From: Heptranchias perlo
Taxonomy: Eukaryota
Assembly: GCF_035084215.1 (NCBI RefSeq)
Contig: NC_090362.1
Coordinates: forward strand, 5,580,001-5,644,000
Length of the DNA: 64,000 nt
Direction of reading: 5' to 3'
Below the pieces are notes generated by a model, which saw nothing but the letters and a program-made list of their open reading frames with translations, was not told the DNA's origin and did not search any database. Of this stretch, positions 59,296 through 64,000 are shown one piece after another. Position numbers and translations under genes: made by a program. The stretch's first letter is position 1; every line of letters starts with the position of its first letter.

Positions 59296-60161
59296 GTTAT
59301 GCTTATCTATATTAATTTCTCACCCGCTGACTCCTTGTTCCTCCCCCTCCTCAAGGAGTTGGTAGTGAGCATGTTCATATCAGTGTCAAAACCCTGAATT
59401 ATTGCTCACATTGGGAGTCTTTGACTCCAATTTGCTTGGATGAAGTTTTCACACCCGTCTTAACGATAATGAAAGATTGTTACATGCAATTATTTTTCAA
59501 GTGGTGAAATATTTGCTGTACAAATGGCTCCTGCTAAATCTGGGCTGGATGCTAATAACAGTAAGGATTTCATTCTGCTTTCAACCAACTCACGACTTTA
59601 ATAAGCGAGTGTAATGGCCGTGTTTCTGGGAGCTTTCAAACTTATAAAAGGTACAGCCGACCTTCCCACGGCAGGCTCAGCACTGCTGATACCGTGCCTG
59701 GGGAATATTGGGAGGAAACGCTCAGCTGTACAAAGCAAGCTCTGGGAAAGAAACAAGTCACAAATCTCAGGCTCCCAAGAGAGTAGGCCTCTGGGGGGCA
59801 AAACTTAATGAATGGATTTCCAACAGAACATACGCACTTTTATGGGTGAGTATTTTTTGTGAATTATTTAAATTTTGTGTGTTTTTATTTGGCAGTTGTA
59901 CATAATTGGCCGGCTGAGGAATAGCCAATCCACACAAAGAACCCCCCCCCAAAAAATTGTTTGTCACTATTTGTTTTGTGGTGGTTGCCGGCTCTGGATT
60001 GATAGCTGTGGAAAAAGAAATTGAGGGCCTCAATTGGTTGACGTTATTTGATTTGCTAGTTTCTCATTGGCATGGGAAGATTTTCCTTCCAGTTGAGTCA
60101 CAATCAGATAGTTCCACAAATCAGCAAGGTTAACGATACAGGCAGTGGCTATTTAGGTACT

Positions 60162-60547
60162 TAGAATAGAATCATACTGCACAGAAAGAGGCCATTCAGC
60201 CCATCGTGCCTGTGCCGGCTCTTTGAAAGAGCAATCCAATTAGTCCCAATTTCCCCTGCTCTATCCCTGTAGTCCTTCAAATTTTTCCCCTTCAAGTATT
60301 TATCCAATTCCCTTTGGAAAGTTACTATTGCATCTACTTCTACCGTTCAGGCAGTGCATTCCAGATCATAACAACTCGTTGCGTAAGAAACATTCTCATC
60401 TCCCCCCTGGCTGTTTTGCCAATTATCTTAAATCTGTGTCCTCTGGTTACCGACCCTCCTGCCACTGGAAACAGTTTCTCCTTATTTACTCTCTCGAAAC
60501 CCATCTTAATTTTGAACACCTCTATTAAATCTCCCCTTAACCTTCTA
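60162..60547 (-). mobile_element. CR1 LINE 3' end
   Basis: [13 protein letters not shown]...[11 protein letters not shown]. Confidence 0.85.
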
Positions 60548-61000
60548 TCAATATTAACTCCTGCTGCAATAAAAATTTCTGGGCGCTGCAACTCGCTTTG
60601 GAAATATAGCTCAACCTTACTGCACTTCATATAATGCGGCACATGTGACATTTTAACGTCTTGGGGTCCATCAAGTCTATCTGAATTGGACAATTTTTTT
60701 TGAAGTTTTTTTAAACAGAAGGAAGCTGACTTTGTAGAAGAATTCCTCACTCTGAAATGACAGCTATTAAAGCTGATTTTGTGAAAGAAAGTGCATGGGG
60801 CCGTACCTCAGAAACCCTGCTGGCCACTGCACAAGCCGAGGACTGAAGTTTGGATGGGACCTCCCACCAGTGACGTTACTTCGGCTGTGTGCCACCCCTC
60901 GAGTGTGGCACCTTGGGTGTGACGAATGCCTTGGATGTGACATCCTATGAATGCATTTTGTACACAAGGCTATTAATTATAATAGTTCACTAAGCATTTA

Positions 61001-61437
61001 GTGCGTAATTTTGACTTTGTGCAATGGTGTAAAACGGGTGATAGTGAATTGGCAGCCCGTTTTACATCAATCCCCATTTTTATTTCCATTAATGACAAAA
61101 GACCCCGGGGGCGGAGGGGGGGGGGGGAGGTGAGGAGAAATTTTTTTACGCAGTGAGTTGTTATGATCTGGAATGCACTGCCTGAAAGGGTGGTGGAAGC
61201 AGATTTAACAGTAACTTTCAAAAGGGAATTGATCATGTACTTGAAAAGGAAAAAATTTACAGGGCTATAGGGAAAGAGCAGGGGAGTGGGACTAATTGGA
61301 TAGCTCTTTCAAAGAGCCGGCACAGGCAAGATGGGCCGAATGGCCTCCTTCTGTGCTGTATGATTCTAAGATGTAAAATGAGCTTCAAATTCGCTATCTC
61401 CCGTCTTACGCTATCGCACAAAGTCAAAATGACCCCC
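61001..61437. mobile_element. Harbinger-type palindromic MITE with a CR1 3' fragment (~61125-61368) inserted centrally
   Basis: Arms gtgcgtaattttgactttgtgc... and ...gcacaaagtcaaaatgaccccc; TTA on both sides (60998-61000, 61438-61440). Confidence 0.75.
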
Positions 61438-61784
61438 TTAGATCAGTACTGATTCCCAGCTTCATGAATGTGATGAATGGAATTAAATGTTAAATTCTGT
61501 CTGTTTTTCCTTTTGATATTTTGTTATCTCCCCGGTGAATCTGTTCTATACAGGCTTTCAGCTTATCGGCACCAGGGGTAAATCGCGTTCCCACCATGAA
61601 GCTTCACTCACCAGCAGTATACGTGGAGAATTTGGACACATGCTGCCCACAGTTTTTCACCATCGCCCCTCAGGAATCTTTATCGGGAATTTGGATGTGA
61701 TTATCAGGAATTGAAGTGTGCACTCTCAAAGATTGTCTGTGAATCGTGGAGAGCGCATGCCCGGATTTCTGATATGCGGGTCCT

Positions 61785-62125
61785 AATTCCCGATAAACAC
61801 ATCAGAAATCCTGATCAGAGAGTCAGAATTCATGATAGCAGAGTCACAATTTATGATAGCAGAATCCGAATTCATGATAGCAGAGTCAGAATTCATGATA
61901 GCAGAATCAGAATTCATGAGAGCAGAGTCTGAATTTCTGATATATGAGTCAGAATTCCTGATAAGCACACCAGAATTCCTGATATATGCAACCAAATTCT
62001 TGATGTGTGGCAGAATTCCCGATAAGAGCAATAAAATTCCTGATTTTCACACCAGAATTCATGATATATGTACACAAACTCCAGATATCCACACCAGAAT
62101 TCTTGATTAGCCTGTCAGAATTCCA
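61785..62125 (+). repeat. 21-bp minisatellite (GAATTCATGATAGCAGAGTCA core, degenerate flanks)
   Basis: Direct reading; produces 7-aa periodic ORFs in several frames. Confidence 0.9.
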
Positions 62126-62232
62126 TGTGTGCTCCTCCAATAGGCCAGCTCTGTCCTGTTAAGCATTAAACACTTAGAGTACTCTGATTAACTTTAATAA
62201 TCTTTTGTTGTCTTCAGTATTATAGTTTAGCA

Positions 62233-62948
62233 TAGCTGGAGTTTCCCCTAGGGGGCACAATCAGTAAAATGCGCCCGAATGCGCTGGACACTGCATCGGT
62301 TTTGCCGCGATGAAGCTACGCCCGAGTTTCCGCTCAAACTCATTAGCATAAGCCTGAACGTAACATCTCCCAGCGATTAGTGACTGGAACATGGCCAATG
62401 GGGCTTCAAGATTATTAAATTAAACTGAAAATGTGTTCAAGTAATTCCTGCAGCTGAACAAACAGGGCAATCAGTGGTTTCAATTGACTGCTGGTTACAG
62501 GTCTTATGCACCAAGGGGAAAATCAACTGACTGAATTTAAACTCCTTTAAACTGAATTTAAAGTAATTTAAAGTATGAAACAGACCTAAGTGAGGCTACA
62601 ATTGACTGGTGTTCACTGCAGCTGCAGGTCATTAATGCTGGATTAATATGACCAAAAGTGCCCGTGCTCCCGAGACTCTGGGCACAATGTGATGAACACC
62701 ACCCCCCCAAAGGGCCCAAATTCGCCATTCCTCCCTGGGGGGGCATGGCCAGTTTTGTGGACGGAGATTTCTTCGGGCGAATTGACTTTTGAACCAGTGT
62801 CAAAGATCGTGAAAACTCGAACGTAAAGTGGTTATGGACGTAACCTTTTATACCATAATATGTAAATATATTAAATTCCACGATCCTCTGCGCTATTTCA
62901 GGCGACTGCGCTGATATCTGGGCGGTAAACATGCGTAAACTCCGGGCC
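62233..62948. mobile_element. Putative non-autonomous TIR element
   Basis: Ends tagctggagttt / aaactccgggcc resemble the ggcctggagttt end at 47575; CpG-rich subterminal regions. Confidence 0.4.
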
Positions 62949-63509
62949 TGAGTATTGGTGAATGTCCCCATAGCCTCAAGTCCGACACTGTGGAGCAGTT
63001 GAATTAACCTCGATGAATACAACTATAACCCCAAGATCCTGTAGCAAGTTCATCACTGCAATTAGCTACATTAATTGGGCTCCTTCATACCGCTGGACTA
63101 AGTAATTCTCCAAGGCAGTTGGTCTGATTGTGCCATTAGTCGACACTTTAAATAAAATAAAAGACAGATTCAAATCAAATAATGGATGTCCTTCTTGGCT
63201 CAGTTGGTACCACTCTCACCATCATAGTCCGAACCACTTGCTGGGAATAATTATGCAAACAAGCTTGCATCAGAGAATCTAGTGTTAAAAGCACTCGCCC
63301 TCTCTGGCAGGATTAGCACTGGTTCTAAATCATTCAGACATGACTTAAACCTGACGATCACAATCAACCCCACCTCTTTATCAAGTCTGCTGCAAAATAT
63401 AAATTGATACCCGATCATCTAGGCCCATTACAATTTATTGAGGGGGGGCTATTGCACCACCCCATGCCTCCCTGTCCAGCTCAGTGATTTTGCATTTGTG
63501 TAATTATTT

Positions 63510-63875
63510 TATATAATTGTTCTTGGGATGTGAGTAACGCTACAAGGCAGTGTTTATTGGCCACCTCTAGTTGACCTGAGGGCATTAAAGGGGAACCAGG
63601 TAGTATGCGACATGTAGGTCAGGCTGGGTTAGGTCTCTTCCCCGAAGGGCATCAGAGAACCAGGTGGATTTTTACAATAATCCAGCAGTCTTCATTGTCT
63701 TTCTCTGATGCCAGGCCACAAATTACCAGATTATCAAATTTAATTTCACAATTTGCCACGGTGGGATTCGAACTCATGGCTTCTGAGTTGCTGGGTTGGT
63801 GGAACAGGCTCGAGGGGGTGAATGGCCTACTCCTAGCTCCTATGTTCGTCCAGGTCCATAACCACTAGACTACTG
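63510..63875 (-). mobile_element. tRNA-derived SINE, degenerate
   Basis: B box gagttcgaatcccac on the minus strand (~63761-63775); tail related to 52170-52365. Confidence 0.55.
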
Positions 63876-64000
63876 TGCCCTCATATTGATTTTTATTTCA
63901 AAGTTATTGCAATCAAATCACTTGTTTATATTTTAGCACCTGAAAATATATCTAACGAGTGAGAAACAAAACACTGGAGACCCTTGTATAGAATTGGTTT

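Noticed and set aside
61711-62140. Periodic ORFs (MIAESEF)n / (IHDSRIR)n and a CRISPR-like appearance
   Set aside because: Contiguous 21-bp tandem units without unique spacers, no cas genes, and located in a eukaryotic intron.
56151-64000. CRABP1 exons 3-4
   Set aside because: No matching coding sequence found by eye; they probably lie beyond the window end.

Overview
Eukaryotic vertebrate genomic DNA; the repeat complement (CR1/L2 LINE fragments, Deu-domain tRNA-SINEs, Penelope-type ends) points to a cartilaginous fish (shark), which is an inference. The window holds the conserved vertebrate block DNAJA4 (+, complete, 7 coding exons, 396 aa), WDR61/SKIC8 (-, complete, 10 coding exons, 305 aa) and CRABP1 (+, first two coding exons only). 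These are preceded by the terminal exon of a divergent GAREM-like SAM-domain adaptor gene. The most notable non-genic signals are: (1) three minimal type-I hammerhead ribozyme motifs in short Penelope-like retroelement ends, one intact and TSD-flanked, and one split at its catalytic centre by a ~4.1 kb two-gene PIF/Harbinger transposon; (2) Harbinger-ended MITEs; (3) promoter heat-shock elements plus a perfect intronic one in DNAJA4; (4) a 35-bp stem-loop in CRABP1 intron 1; (5) a ~650-bp G-rich 17-mer array in the WDR61 5' region; (6) a near-identical inverted CR1 pair bracketing DNAJA4-WDR61. No prokaryotic features or CRISPR arrays. Repeat boundaries are approximate unless a TSD is given.
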